Source: the human T2T-CHM13v2.0 reference genome, Homo sapiens. Taken from it: 64,000 bases of DNA. Positions 1 through 13,337 of this stretch are shown in pieces. Location: NCBI GenBank assembly GCA_009914755.4, contig CP068257.2:33088001-33152000 (forward strand), in the 5' to 3' direction. The position numbers were made by a program, and so were the translations under genes. Below the pieces are notes generated by a model, which was not told the origin of the DNA, did not search any database, and worked only from the letters and a program-made list of their open reading frames with translations. Each line of letters begins with the position of its first letter. Positions within the stretch are counted from its first letter, which is position 1.

Positions 1-620
1 TGGACGAGGGGATGCTTTTCAGGGCCCATCTGCCGGGACTTGTTGTGACCACTTGGATGTATGTGTCATAACTGTCCACCTTCCACCCTTCAGGCTCCCA
101 GCAACTTCAAGATACCTGGAGAGATTCTCAGACCCTCCCCTCTAATAGGCAGAGAGGAAATTAATGCTGGCGTGGGGAGGGGAGAGTGGGAGAGGATGTG
201 ACGCACAGGCCCAGAGCTTAGGGACTCTGAATTCAGTAATCTGGGTCTATTGGTGCCCCTTCATATGCAGTAAGGTCACCTATTAACTCTGTGTTTATGG
301 AGCTGTATTTATCACCTGGAAAGTGATATCATCCTGCAAGTCTTCTTATCAATGGATCATCCAATTGGGGGTTCACATTGTTTTGTCTTACACATTGACA
401 ATAATGCTGGTAGCATCAGCCTTATCTCTTGCCCGAGATTGGACTAAGGCTGAACTTCTCACAGCATGGTTTCTGACCACTGGCATTGTATCACTTTGGA
501 GGAACATGTTAAAAATTCACATTCCTAGGCCCCATGCAGCAGGACCCACTGAATCAAACTCTGTATATTTTTTAAATTACTATTTTAACATTCTTTTCTT
601 TTGTATTTAGGTAAAACTTA

Positions 621-1049
621 CTGCATTAGGCTGTTCTCGCATTGCTATAAAGAAATACCTGAGAGTGGGTAATTTATAAAGAAAAGAGGCTGAATTGGCT
701 CAAATGCTGCAGGCTTTGTAGGAAGCATGGTGCTGGCATCTGCTCAGCTTCTGGGGCAGCCTCACAAAGCTCACAGTCGTGGAGGAGGGCAAAGGGGGAG
801 CAGGCACGTCACATGGCCAGAGCAGGAGCAAGAGAGAGGGAAGTGCCACGTACTTTTCAACAGCTCAATCTTGTCAATCTTGCAAGAACTCACTGACTAT
901 CGAAAGGGCAGCAGCAAGGGGATGGTTCTAAACCATTCATGAGAAATCCACCCCCCGACCCAATCACTTCCCGTCAGGCCCTGCCTCCAATACTGGGGAT
1001 TACAATTCAACATGAGATTGGGGCTGGGACAAATATACAAACCATATCA
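621..1049 (-). mobile_element. MaLR LTR (MST/THE1-like), solo LTR in CLIC6 intron 1
   Basis: Reverse complement begins TGATATGGTTTG...CCCAATCTCATGTTGAATTGTAATCCCCAG. It then carries ...CATGAATGGTTTAG... and ends ...CTTTATAAATTACCCACTCTCAGGTATTTCTTTATAGCAATGCGAGAAC, the hallmark MaLR LTR organisation. Confidence 0.7.
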
Positions 1050-1863
1050 CTTATATTCAGTAAAGTACCCAAACCTTAAGACTTTTATCACTCACATACA
1101 CCCGTGTAGCCACCGTGCAGATCAAGACATAGAACAACATTGCCACCACCCAGAAGCCTTCCTTTTGTCCTTCTGAGACAATAGTATCTTCCAGGGACAT
1201 CTGCTGTTGACTTCCACCATCATAGACAAGTTTGCCCTCTACCTACCCTGAATCATGCAGGAAGCTTTGAGTCTGGTGTCTTTCTCTCAACATTGTGTGT
1301 GTGAGATGCACCCACACTGTTGCTTGTATAATAGCTAATTCTTTTCCATTGTGGTGTAGTATCTCAAGGCATGGAAATACTACACTGACACAAGTATTCT
1401 ACTCTTGATAGTATCTGGGTTGTTTCCAGGTTTTAGCTATTATACCAAAGCTGCTAAGAATAGTTGATCCTTGGAGAGGATCGAGAGATAGAGGGAAGGA
1501 AAGGGCGTGTCTTTCTTTTTCACATTGGTGATAAAGGGAGTTCCCATTGCTGCTCCTTCCATCAGTGAGCTGCTGCTCAGAGGCCCAGTGTGGCAGGCAG
1601 TGGTGAGGTGGTGGGGAAGGAAGAAAGAAAATGCTCAGTGCAGTGCATACATGTGCATGTGCGTGCGTGTGTGGTGTTCTCTCCCCTAACCCCTACATCC
1701 ACCGCCAACTCCACATTGAGGCTGGTAAAATGGCCTCAGGAGGATATTCGCAGCATCCTGACCGTTCTTATCAACCTGCAATGATTTTGCATGTGCATGT
1801 TGTGGTGTTGGCACTTATAATTGTGAGACTGGCTCAGATAGAAATCTCCTTCTCCACTTGTAG

Positions 1864-1973
1864 GCTGGTTATGATGGTGAGAGTATCGGAAATTGCCCGT
1901 TTTCTCAGCGTCTCTTTATGATTCTCTGGCTGAAAGGCGTTATATTTAATGTGACCACAGTGGACCTGAAAAG
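1864..1973 (+). CDS. CLIC6: CLIC6 coding exon 2 (110 nt): [37 protein letters not shown]
   Basis: Acceptor CTTGTAG at 1863 and donor AAAAG|GTAAGA at 1974. Translation contains the CLIC-family redox motif CPFSQ and matches the human CLIC6 C-terminal domain. The 110-nt exon size is conserved across the CLIC family. Confidence 0.9.
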
Positions 1974-2018
1974 GTAAGACAAGGCGTCTGCCTTACTGAA
2001 ATAACTGTACCTAGTTCT

Positions 2019-2021
<3 letters not shown>

Positions 2022-2066
<45 letters not shown>
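2022..2066. repeat. (CA)22 microsatellite, 48 bp downstream of the exon 2 donor
   Basis: Uninterrupted CA dinucleotide run read directly. Confidence 0.95.
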
Positions 2067-2068
<2 letters not shown>

Positions 2069-2539
2069 GAGGCCAACGGTGCTGCATGGGCACGTCCATC
2101 CTCAGTCGGAGTCTGAACTGAAGCCCACATGTGGGCCAAGCAGTCATGACAGGGTCGGCTGGGCTGGAGTCAGGAAGGAGGAGGAGTTGGGGGTGCCGTG
2201 AAGAACCTGCTTCTCCAGTTGCTGGTCAGCTGTGACTCTCCCAAGCCTGTCTGAGCACCATCCCTGGCTGATAACACTGGGGAGAGTTAACTTTTTCACC
2301 TCTGTTTGTTGATATGCCCCTTTGTGCTCCGTATTCACAAAGGGGCACCTCAACAAGCCCATCATTTGTTAATGAATGCCTTTACTTTCATCGCCAGCAA
2401 GACATTTTCATAAACCCACCATCTACTTTGCAGTTCTCAAGAGTTGCTTCTCTTAAACTGGTGAGGACGCGGCTAAGCCCTGGAAATGAGTCCAGATTCT
2501 CGCGGTGGCCCATAAACACTGCTGTTTCCTCCCACCTAG

Positions 2540-2665
2540 GAAACCCGCAGACCTGCAGAACCTGGCTCCCGGAACAAACCCTCCTTTCATGACTTTTGAT
2601 GGTGAAGTCAAGACGGATGTGAATAAGATCGAGGAGTTCTTAGAGGAGAAATTAGCTCCCCCGAG
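2540..2665 (+). CDS. CLIC6: CLIC6 coding exon 3 (126 nt): (R)[41 protein letters not shown](R)
   Basis: Acceptor CCACCTAG|G and donor CCGAG|GTAGG. Phase is continuous with exon 2 through a split Arg codon, and the 126-nt size is typical of CLIC exon 3. Confidence 0.9.
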
Positions 2666-3295
2666 GTAGGCCTCAGAAAACCAGTGTTCATAACTCGATT
2701 GTCACTTTCCCCCACTAGTAGTCAGTTCTAAAGCTCTGGGCAGTGTGTGTGTGTGTGGTTTTCTGCAGCCCACGGTGCTCACTTCCTTAATCATAACCCT
2801 GGTGTAACCAGATTAGAGTTCGGGGACCTGGGTTTCATTGTGCTGCACCTGCAGCTTGGCAATCACAGTTTGATGGCAGGAAGTGGGAGGAGATGGGTCC
2901 AGGGTGGGTGGTTGGCTGTATCCTAGACACCCTGCTGGAAGCTATGGAGTATGTGTTAGGAAGAAGTATCATGGATTTTTGGACCTCGGGGGAGCTATTT
3001 CTACTCCATCCCCTTCGTTTTACTAGGGAAGCACCTGAGACCAGCAAGGCCAGGTGGGGTCCTGTGTCCCAGAACTGGCCACTGCCAGGAAACAGCAACA
3101 ATCCAAACCTCTCCGTCCAGTGCCATTCTCCTAGATGTTGTTACTTCCCAACCTTTGAGAGGAAAAGGGTCAGGAAAACGTTGAAGGAAAGCTTTTCATT
3201 TTTATACCCAGAGAAAGCTGTTTTTCTCCATTGTATAGTATTATCTTCACTAAAACATCACTTGTCTGTGATCCTCCAATTTTGAACTTTTCAAG

Positions 3296-3402
3296 GTATC
3301 CCAAGCTGGGGACCCAACATCCCGAATCTAATTCCGCAGGAAATGACGTGTTTGCCAAATTCTCAGCGTTTATAAAAAACACGAAGAAGGATGCAAATGA
3401 GA
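3296..3402 (+). CDS. CLIC6: CLIC6 coding exon 4 (107 nt): (R)[35 protein letters not shown]
   Basis: Acceptor TTTTCAAG|G and donor GAGA|GTGAGT. Reading frame is continuous with exon 3. Confidence 0.9.
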
Positions 3403-3952
3403 GTGAGTACCTCCCATCCTCCTGTTTTGTTTCAACACAGACTTGAGTCTTAGCATGGCGGCCCATACGCTCCTGGGGTATTCCCATCTATTTCCCAGTG
3501 GGTAGAGAAGTGAGTCTGGAGCTACAGAAAAAGTGCCTCCAACTTTGAATCTGCACGTGGGCTTCAAGAGATGAATGCTTCTTTTGAGGCTGGGAACTCA
3601 GAAAACAACATTTTTAGGGAAAATAGTCATCACCCAGGTGTTCCGGACACACCATGGGAATCATGTTCAATGATGTTTCTGCCAGTCCACGTCTCCCCAC
3701 AGGCTTTCCATAAGTATTTTTGAATAAATAAATCACTTCTAGAAGGAGCAATATTGTGTAGACAGCAGTGTGATTTTCCAGGGAGGAGTGAGCCCTTTAT
3801 TCAGATATTCTACATCCACCTGCTGCCTTCCCAGCACCCATTGCTTGCTGGCCACATCTCAGCGAGGAAGGGAAGCAAACTCCATCACAGCTGGTGAAAA
3901 GTGACATGCACTTGCAAACCTCTGTTTGTGATTTCTTGCCCTTCTGTTTTAG

Positions 3953-4134
3953 TTCATGAAAAGAACCTGCTGAAGGCCCTGAGGAAGCTGGATAATTACT
4001 TAAATAGCCCTCTGCCTGATGAAATAGATGCCTACAGCACCGAGGATGTCACTGTTTCTGGAAGGAAGTTTCTGGATGGGGACGAGCTGACGCTGGCTGA
4101 CTGCAACCTCTTACCCAAGCTCCATATTATTAAG
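3953..4134 (+). CDS. CLIC6: CLIC6 coding exon 5 (182 nt): [61 protein letters not shown]
   Basis: Acceptor CTGTTTTAG|TT and donor ATTAAG|GTTCAT. The 180-aa six-frame ORF 3901..4443 contains this exon in frame, and the rest of that ORF is intronic read-through. Confidence 0.9.
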
Positions 4135-4586
4135 GTTCATCTTCCCTCCCGACACGTGTGCCGAGTACACGAACGGGGCTTTGTTTTATTTTGTTTTTAC
4201 TTGTGTTTGGGCCAGACATTTAAACAGTCTGAAATGTGGAGACTTGGATTAAAAACACTAGTTCTGTTCGGGGCAGCCAAGCCCCAGCTTTCACACACAC
4301 AGAAGATGGGCTTCGGGTGTTCTCAGAAAGTGCCTGGGAACATGGCCCCACCTTCTGCTTCTCTCTCAGCCTTACTCACACAGCCTAAAGACAGGTTATG
4401 TGAAAGCAGCCTGAGGAATTTCGTAGATTATACCTGGTGTTAGCAATTGAGAATTAGAGATGAGGCTCGTAGAATCTGGGGCTATTCAAATGTGAACGCA
4501 GTCTACTGTTGGTGATTGTAGGGCTCCACATGGCCCCTTCTAGGGATGACAGAGGAGTGTTCTATTAGCTTTTAACAGTGACCCTT

Positions 4587-4915
4587 GGCCAGGTGCAGTG
4601 GCTCATGCCTGTAATCCCAGTGATTTGGGAGGCTGAGGTGGGAGGATTGCTTGAGGCCAGGAGTTCAAGACCAGCCAGGGCAACATAGCGAGACCCCATC
4701 TATACAAAAAATAAAAAAAAAAAATTAGCCGGGCATGGTGGTGTGTGCCTGTAGTCCCAGCCACATGGGAGGCTGAAGCTGGAGGATCACTTGAGCCCAG
4801 GAACCTGAGGCTGCAGCAAGTTAAGGAGGTGGCACTGCACTCTGGCCTGGGTGACAGAGTGAGACCCCATCTCTAAAAACAATTAGGTTATTAATTATTT
4901 ATTTATTTTAAAAAA
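4587..4915 (+). mobile_element. Alu (full dimer plus A/T-rich tail)
   Basis: GGCCAGGTGCAGTGGCTCATGCCTGTAATCCCAG...GAGACCCCATCTC. Flanked by target-site duplications ACAGTGACCCT (4575-4585) and ACATTGACCCT (4916-4926). Confidence 0.9.
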
Positions 4916-5127
4916 ACATTGACCCTCAACATCCAGGAAGCAGCTGGCAGCTTTTGGCTGAGTCTCTGCCATATTTGTTGCCCTGCCTTCCCATATAGTA
5001 GCTGAACATGATTTAAGAGCCATGAGTCATGTATTATTAGGGCTTAAAGACCTGCCAGACCCGTGGTTCTCCAATGTTAGTAGGCATACAAACTGTCTGG
5101 GGAGCTTTTTAGAAATGTGAGTCCCCG

Positions 5128-5593
<466 letters not shown>

Positions 5594-5829
5594 CTATCAC
5601 TTATAGAAGTTGAATGTGATTGCTGTGATGAGATTGCTATGTCCTTGGCCCTTAGCAGCTCCAGATACCTCAGGAAGAAGCCCATGCCTGGCTCTGGGGC
5701 ATTTTTATGATTAAAATCCTGCCAGGGCCAGAGCCAGGTGGTTGGTATAAGTGTAGGGGAGATGGGAGAAACACCAGGAAAAATAAGTCATGGACTGTTT
5801 GTTCTAATAACACATTTAGTTAGCATTTA

Positions 5830-6144
<315 letters not shown>

Positions 6145-7423
6145 AAATTACATGTTAGCTTCACACAGTCTATGGTGCTGAGGCTCCTGTGGGCTCCCGG
6201 CCACCCCTGGTGACTCTGCTTCATTCTTTTGCCTTTGTCTTCCTGCATTTCTTCTTTCTATCCTCTTCCCCTCTCGGTCCTGGCCCTGTTGCTCCCTTCT
6301 TCTCCCTTCCTTTTTGTGCGTGAGGATACTGACTTGAAATGCAGGCCTTCAGGAGGTTGCTGATCCCTTGGGCAGATGTCTTTTCAATAGCTTTGCCAGT
6401 CCACCAATATCCAAAATTTAATGAAAGCATCTCCACCCCTCAAAACCTGCTAAATTTGGGAGCTGCCTTCTAACAGGATATTTATGTAGCTGTGTTTTGA
6501 TTGAGTCCCTTTTGGTAAATGCTTTTTAGTCCCTACTGTGACCAGCGTAGCATTGCAGAAACACATGAAACTTGAAGAAGAGGGGGAGAAATATCCCAGC
6601 CACAGAGCATTCATGGCCCCTTGTTTAGCTCCCATGAGAAAAGATGATTTTAAATTTCAGTAGAAAGGGTAAGCTTTAGAGTGAGATTGCAGTTCATGGC
6701 TCCACTATAAGACCCAGAAGAAAAATCTGCAAGGCCATTTAGCACTCACAATACCCAACAGCTTAATGATCTTCCAGGATGGAGTACTTCTGAAAGGAAA
6801 TGAGAATCAATCTAAGGGAATTATGGTAAAAGATGAGAGTGTGAAGGGATTTATAATTTATTCCCCTGCCAGAAACCCAGCAAAAACAATATCAAAATAG
6901 GGTATTAGCTTCATCTTTTTTGTAAAACTACAAAGGGATGACAGATCATCGACTTAAAGAGTAGGAAGCTTCTTTCAGTGGGAGGAGCCACAGAACCATT
7001 ACATGTTTCTCCGTATCTTTAGCAAAGTTCAGATTTCTCAAAAGGTAAAGAACACAGTCCTGAAATACCCAACTCAAACTTCTTTGCTTGAGGCCTAGAG
7101 CATGAGATGGGCCAGGAGGGAATCACAGAACTTCCCTATAGAGACCCTTGTTGAGCTGAGATCTCTAGGGAGGCAGAATTGAAGGAGGAGCCACACAGAG
7201 ACGCCATCTTTCTAGGCTGTGACCCAGCACCTAATCCAGAGGAACAGTCTGGAGGGGAGGTAAAGAGGGAGGAAAGGAGGGAAGTGGCATTTTGCATTGT
7301 GACTGCTGAGCAGAGAAAAGAATCTAGGCCCCAGCCAGTCAAGAGAGAGACTAGAATTGCCCAAACTTCGTTTCTAGCCACAGTGGCCTTCTGCCTAATC
7401 TGTGAGCCTCAGAGTGGAGGATG

Positions 7424-7501
7424 CCCTAACCCTAACCCTAACCCTAACCCTAACCCTAACCGTAACTCTAACCCTAACCCCAGCCCTAACCCCAACTCTA
7501 A
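7424..7501 (-). repeat. Interstitial telomeric repeat (CCCTAA)n, about 13 units, degenerate toward the 3' end (TTAGGG on the minus strand)
   Basis: CCCTAACCCTAACCCTAACCCTAACCCTAACCCTAACCGTAACTCTAACCCTAACCCCAGCCCTAACCCCAACTCTAA, with unique sequence on both sides. It sits in CLIC6 intron 5. Confidence 0.95.
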
Positions 7502-7639
7502 TGTGTCTCTCTGGGGCAGAGCAGTGGTTGGCGACAAGGTGCTTGGGAGCAAATATTCCAGTTGGTTGGCCACCTGCCCTGTCTCACTCCCTTTGCCCTC
7601 CCCACTGCTTTTAAGCAAATGATAGGTCCAGTAGATCTG

Positions 7640-8950
7640 CCTCATTCAAAGAAGGCCAATACCAGAGAGAATGCCAGTGAGACCTTGGGGTAGACAGAGT
7701 TGATTGAAAAGAAGGGGGTGGGGGGAGGAATGATAAAGACAAGAAACAAAAACAGAAAAAGACAGATGGGAAATACATATATGATCAAGAACTGCTCCTC
7801 CAGCACATTAAAGAACGTTTCTTACAGAAATTTTTCTACAGCCTCAAAGAAATGAAAGAGAATATGGGCTTTTTGAGAAAAATCTCAAAGACAAGACACA
7901 AGATGTTCAAAAATATATTATCACAAAGGGGATGGAAATCAGGCTGGAAGAGCTCAAGAAGAAAAGTAAAGACAAATAAAAGAACTGCAGAAATAAAAGT
8001 CCTGTTAGAAGCAGTAAGACACAGACGAAGACATTGCTGAAATTGATTTCCTCTGACATTCGCACACATCTTATAGAGTTGGTTTTGGCATGTGGAATGT
8101 GTTTGTAGCCGTGCTGTCAGTGATTTGGAAGACAAGCCTGAGAAAAATCATCTAAAATCAAGTGGGGAAGAATAAAAAAGGTGATTAGAGAGATCCCAGA
8201 TATACATGATCAGGAACAAGAGAACAGAAAAGGAAAAGGAAAGGAAAAAAAAATAAAAGAAAACGAGAGAATGTTCAATGGGGAAATTACTTTGAACTAA
8301 AGGATGACCTGAATCTTCAGTTTAAATGACATGCCATGTTAAACATTGCCCCAGAAAGATCAACACACTGAGACATACTTGATACATTACTGAGCTTTGA
8401 GAATAAAAAACAACCCTTTTTGGCACCTAGACAATAATAATACTGTAATACCAACAACAGTAATAATAATAAAAAGAATGAAATAGAGTAAAGCCAGTGA
8501 AACAGGGAAGAAATTCAGACTGGCCCCAGATGTCTTCATGAACCCATTAAAAATCAGAAAATTGTGGTTTAACATCTACAGAGAATTAAAGAAAATGATG
8601 TATGAGGTAAGAATTTTATATCTAGGCAATTACCGTTTTGACCTAGACCTCTGGTCTCTTTTTTAAAAAACATAAAATTGTTCTATGATGAAATAACAAA
8701 ATCATAATCAAAGTAAGAATCCAGAAACAGAGAAGGTGTGTGAAATAAAAGAACAGGCCCTAAACAGAGAACCCCTTTAAATCTGAAACTAGTCCTAAGA
8801 CCAAACAGCAGTGGGAATTATACGGACAGAATAGAGTCAGAATATAATAAACTATGTCATTACCACCATTGGAAGGAGGATAATACAGAAGAAATGGAAA
8901 GAAGCACAGATACATAAATTCCCTCATTTGTCATCATCAGGAGTTAACAG
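7640..8950 (+). mobile_element. Probable ancient LINE/L1M-like fragments (unclassified old interspersed repeat)
   Basis: A-rich, ORF1-like composition (AAAGAAATGAAAGAGAATATGG..., CAGAAACAGAGAAGGTGTGTGAAATAAAAGAACAGGCCCTAAACAGAGAACC). A segment at 8041-8100 has a diverged second copy at 12274-12360. Confidence 0.3.
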
Positions 8951-8974
8951 GCAGCATCTAAAATTAGTAAATCA

Positions 8975-9316
<342 letters not shown>

Positions 9317-10891
9317 TTAAATTTATGTAGGAAACCACTGGAGAATTAACATGACCATAAACCTTTTAAATGACCAGAAAGAGGGACACACACATGCATA
9401 CAGAAGAAAGAAAACCAAGTTCAGTGTCACGTTCATAGGCATGGCCTTAAACAATGTACTCAGGAATGTTAAAATAAAAAGATGGGCAAAGAAAAACCAG
9501 GTACATACAAACAAAAGTAAAACGGACTTCTTAACATGAGCATCAAGAAGTTGGCATTCAAGGAAGAGGTGTCAAACAATTTAGGAGGCTCTCTGAAAAT
9601 TATATGGTCCTTCTTTGCTGTCACATTGCATCAATGACTGCTGGCCTCCAAAGTCTGCGCAGTAAGCCCCAAAGATCTTCTCATTAACCCCATGCCTGCA
9701 TCATGCAGACATCCTGGGAACCAGTGGGACAGGAGGCAGCAAAGCCCAACTGGCCTTTATGGCTCTGGGTCTCCACTTCAGGTTGAATTGTGCCCTCCTC
9801 CCAATTCCTGTGTTGAGATCCTAACCCCCAGTAGCTCAGAATGTGACCTTATTTAAAAATAGGATCTTTGCAGATGTAATTAGTTAAAATAAAGTCATCG
9901 TGGAGTGAGATGGACCTAATCCAGGATGGCCAGTATCGTTGCAAACTGGGGAAATTTGGAAAGAGAGACACAGGGAGAAGGCTCTGTGAAGATGGAGTTA
10001 TGCTTGCACAGCCAAGGCACTGCCAGAAGTGGAGAGAGAGCCTTCCCTAATGCCTTCAGAGGATCCATGACCCTGCTGATACCCTGATCTTGGACTTCTG
10101 GCCCCCAGAACTAGGAATCAGTAAACTTCTGTTGTTCTAAGCCTCCCAGCATGTGTTACTTTATTATGGCAACCCTAGCAAACTGGTACAGTCCCCAGTG
10201 TTCTGCACATCTTTGTGACTAATTCCCCAACTGTACCCCTCTTGCTAGAGGAAGTATCTCACACTGCTGTGTTTCTCTTGGTGCTGTCTCTCGACTGCTT
10301 CTTCCTTACACCCACCATCCCCATGAGGGTAGGGATTTGCATCTGCTTTGTTCATGAATCTCTCCTCCGCACAGGCGGGCCCCACGATCAGACGATGCTC
10401 TTAGTGGCAGCATGATGGCATTCAGGAGGATTAACATGCACAGATGTTTGGGACTGGAGAAGTGAGGTTCAGCAAGTAGGAAGAAGAGAGGGCACCATTT
10501 AAACAGCAGATCCACCATGCGTCTTTATTCACATAGCACCAAGTAACACAGTAGCACAACATATGGAAAGAAAGTAACAGGCAACACAAAGAGAAATCCA
10601 CCAGAGTCCAGAGCATACTCGTGCCAGCGGATTCCAAGACCCATCTGTGACAAACTGGTGGGCAGAACTATGTGCAGTCACTGTAGTGAGTACAGGAACT
10701 TCATAGCCCTCCTCACACCCAAGATGGCCCTATGCAAGTCAAGATGCCGTGGTGGGTAGCCCGGATGACTGTGGGATGACATGGGAAACTGGGAAAGAAT
10801 GTATTGCATGCCTCAGAAGAATGGACTGTCTGACTTGGGAGCCTACCTTAGCAAGTTTTCCCTTTACTGATCATTTTCTCTTCATTTTCAG

Positions 10892-11053
10892 ATTGTGGCC
10901 AAGAAGTACAGAGATTTTGAATTTCCTTCTGAAATGACTGGCATCTGGAGATACTTGAATAATGCTTATGCTAGAGATGAGTTCACAAATACGTGTCCAG
11001 CTGATCAAGAGATTGAACACGCATATTCAGATGTTGCAAAAAGAATGAAATGA
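10892..11053 (+). CDS. CLIC6: CLIC6 terminal coding exon 6: [53 protein letters not shown] then stop
   Basis: Acceptor TCATTTTCAG|ATT. Reading frame is continuous with exon 5, and a TGA stop lies at 11051-11053. Confidence 0.9.
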
Positions 11054-11400
11054 AGCTGGGCTGTTTTCTGTCTTATTTCTCAGTTGAGTGAGCAAGGATA
11101 CGAAAACAGTGTGTTTGAAAACAAATTAGGTTTGGGTTCAATTCCTTCAATTTTTAAAAAACTGGTCTCTGAGAGTTTTTTAAATCATTGAGAGCCTGTT
11201 TTTCTTCTCTAAAACATTAGTTTAATTTTCTTCAAAATGAAAATACTGCTTTGTAATTACAAAATGAGACACACCTATCTTGATATTTTAAAGCAATATC
11301 AGAGGGTGTAAAGAAGGACATTTTAACAATCGCCTTCAATTTTACTCCACTTAATTACCGAAAACTTACTGGAGAACATGTTCCAAATCTTCAGTATCTT

Positions 11401-11402
<2 letters not shown>

Positions 11403-11467
<65 letters not shown>
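11403..11467. repeat. Compound microsatellite (CT)16(CA)15 within the CLIC6 3'UTR
   Basis: TCTCTC...TCTATCACACAC...ACAA read directly. Confidence 0.95.
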
Positions 11468-11469
<2 letters not shown>

Positions 11470-12864
11470 TTCATTCATATATGGTATTGCATTATTTTAT
11501 TTTAAAGCACTGGTGAGGGGACCTCTTGGTGATTCCTGGATGATCATACACAGAGGACTTACACCATACAAAAATATTGGGCACCGCAGTGCCAGAGAAG
11601 ATGCTTGAGGTTAGATTTTAAGGAGTGGGGAATTGTGAAGCCCACAGATGCGCACGCAATGACCAGCAGGAACCGGAAGCCCTGGGTCACCCCCACTCTG
11701 CCTCATTTCTGCCTCCAGGATGCCACTGCCTCTGCTTCCAGGAAAGGCAAGGGGGAGGGTGCTTATCCGTGTCTCTGGTTCCAGCTTCCTGTCTTTGCTC
11801 CCTCCCCTCTCTTAGAGACTGTGCCTTCAGCAGGACTCTTAATATCTGCTGCAACTTGGAGAACCTCCCTGCCCTGAAATGTGAACCAAGCACACTTTGG
11901 TTCCTTCTCCGGGCGGCTCTCTCTGAGACCCAAGGCTGCAGTCCCTCAGTGCTGGTGGTATCGTGTGGGGATAGCAATACTTCTCTGCCCTTCATTGTCT
12001 CATCTAGACATCAAGCAGGGAAAATCCAGGGAGATTAAATTCATGGTGACAAGTCCTGGGCAGTTCTGGTAAACGGTCCAGTTAGGGAGGGAGTAGAAAC
12101 TATTGACTCAAAAGAGTTTCTGGCTGATCTGTGGCTTTGCCTCCACCATCCCTAACCAACCTCTCATCACAGCTTTGTGTGTGGGCTGAGTGCTGGCCTT
12201 AACCCTAGGCGTGGAAGAGAAAATGTGAGGTTGTTTAGATACTCATCAGGACCTCACAGGAGCTGAGACTTATCAGCCAGAATGTGTTCTTCGGACAGTC
12301 GTACACATCTTACAGAAAACCCTCCTTGTAGAGTTGGTTGTGGTATGTGTTTGATGCTATAAAGCTCATTTTTAATGTGTACACCTGCTCTAGGGACGAT
12401 TCGTTTGAAAGAGAGTAAGATGCATTAACAGAAACTATCCTGGGATTAGGTGAAAAATGTCTAGCAAAAGAAACAAAGTCTTTAATAGAGTGGCCTCTTT
12501 CGCTCTTCGATTATGACTGCTGCAGTTTTACCCCAGCAGTCAGCTGTCTTTGTCAACCATACGTTTTTGGAGATTGGGTCTAGCACATGTCACCCTTGTC
12601 CACGTTGTTTCACATCTGGTTAGGGGGCAGATTTTAAAATGTAGTTTTGTAATGTTACATTTAAGCATGATAAATGATTAGACTACCAGATGTTACTAGT
12701 GCTAACTTTGTATTCTTAGACATTAAAATGATTGACATAAACTCTTTGTGCCTTGAAAATGAAACAAATTATAAAAATGTTTAAATGGAACCAATTTCTT
12801 TTGGGTTTTATTTTTTATTTTTTATTATTTTTTGCATTCCCCATTCTCCATTTAGGTTTCAAGA

Positions 12865-12870
12865 AATAAA
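12865..12870 (+). terminator. CLIC6: Candidate CLIC6 polyadenylation signal AATAAA
   Basis: Only canonical hexamer in the roughly 1.8 kb after the stop codon. It is followed by a T/GT-rich stretch (TGGGCTTCTTTT). The cleavage site was not verified. Confidence 0.4.
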
Positions 12871-12907
12871 ATGAATGGTATGGGCTTCTTTTAAAATGGT
12901 GAGGACA

Positions 12908-13337
<430 letters not shown>

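Larger units (their letters stand above)
11054..12890 (+). other. CLIC6: CLIC6 3'UTR (3' end inferred)
   Basis: Begins right after the stop codon. The first canonical AATAAA downstream is at 12865-12870, with an alternative ATTAAA at 12722. The end position is an inference. Confidence 0.45.

Noticed and set aside
3901-4443. 180-aa ORF
   Set aside because: Only its middle (3953-4134) is real coding sequence, namely CLIC6 exon 5. The rest is intronic read-through in the same frame, and the true boundaries are the AG acceptor at 3951-52 and the GT donor at 4135-36.
7424-7501. Telomeric hexamer array read as a chromosome end or assembly artefact
   Set aside because: It is only about 78 bp, degenerate at one end, and embedded in unique intronic sequence on both sides. 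This is the profile of an interstitial telomeric sequence, not a terminal array.
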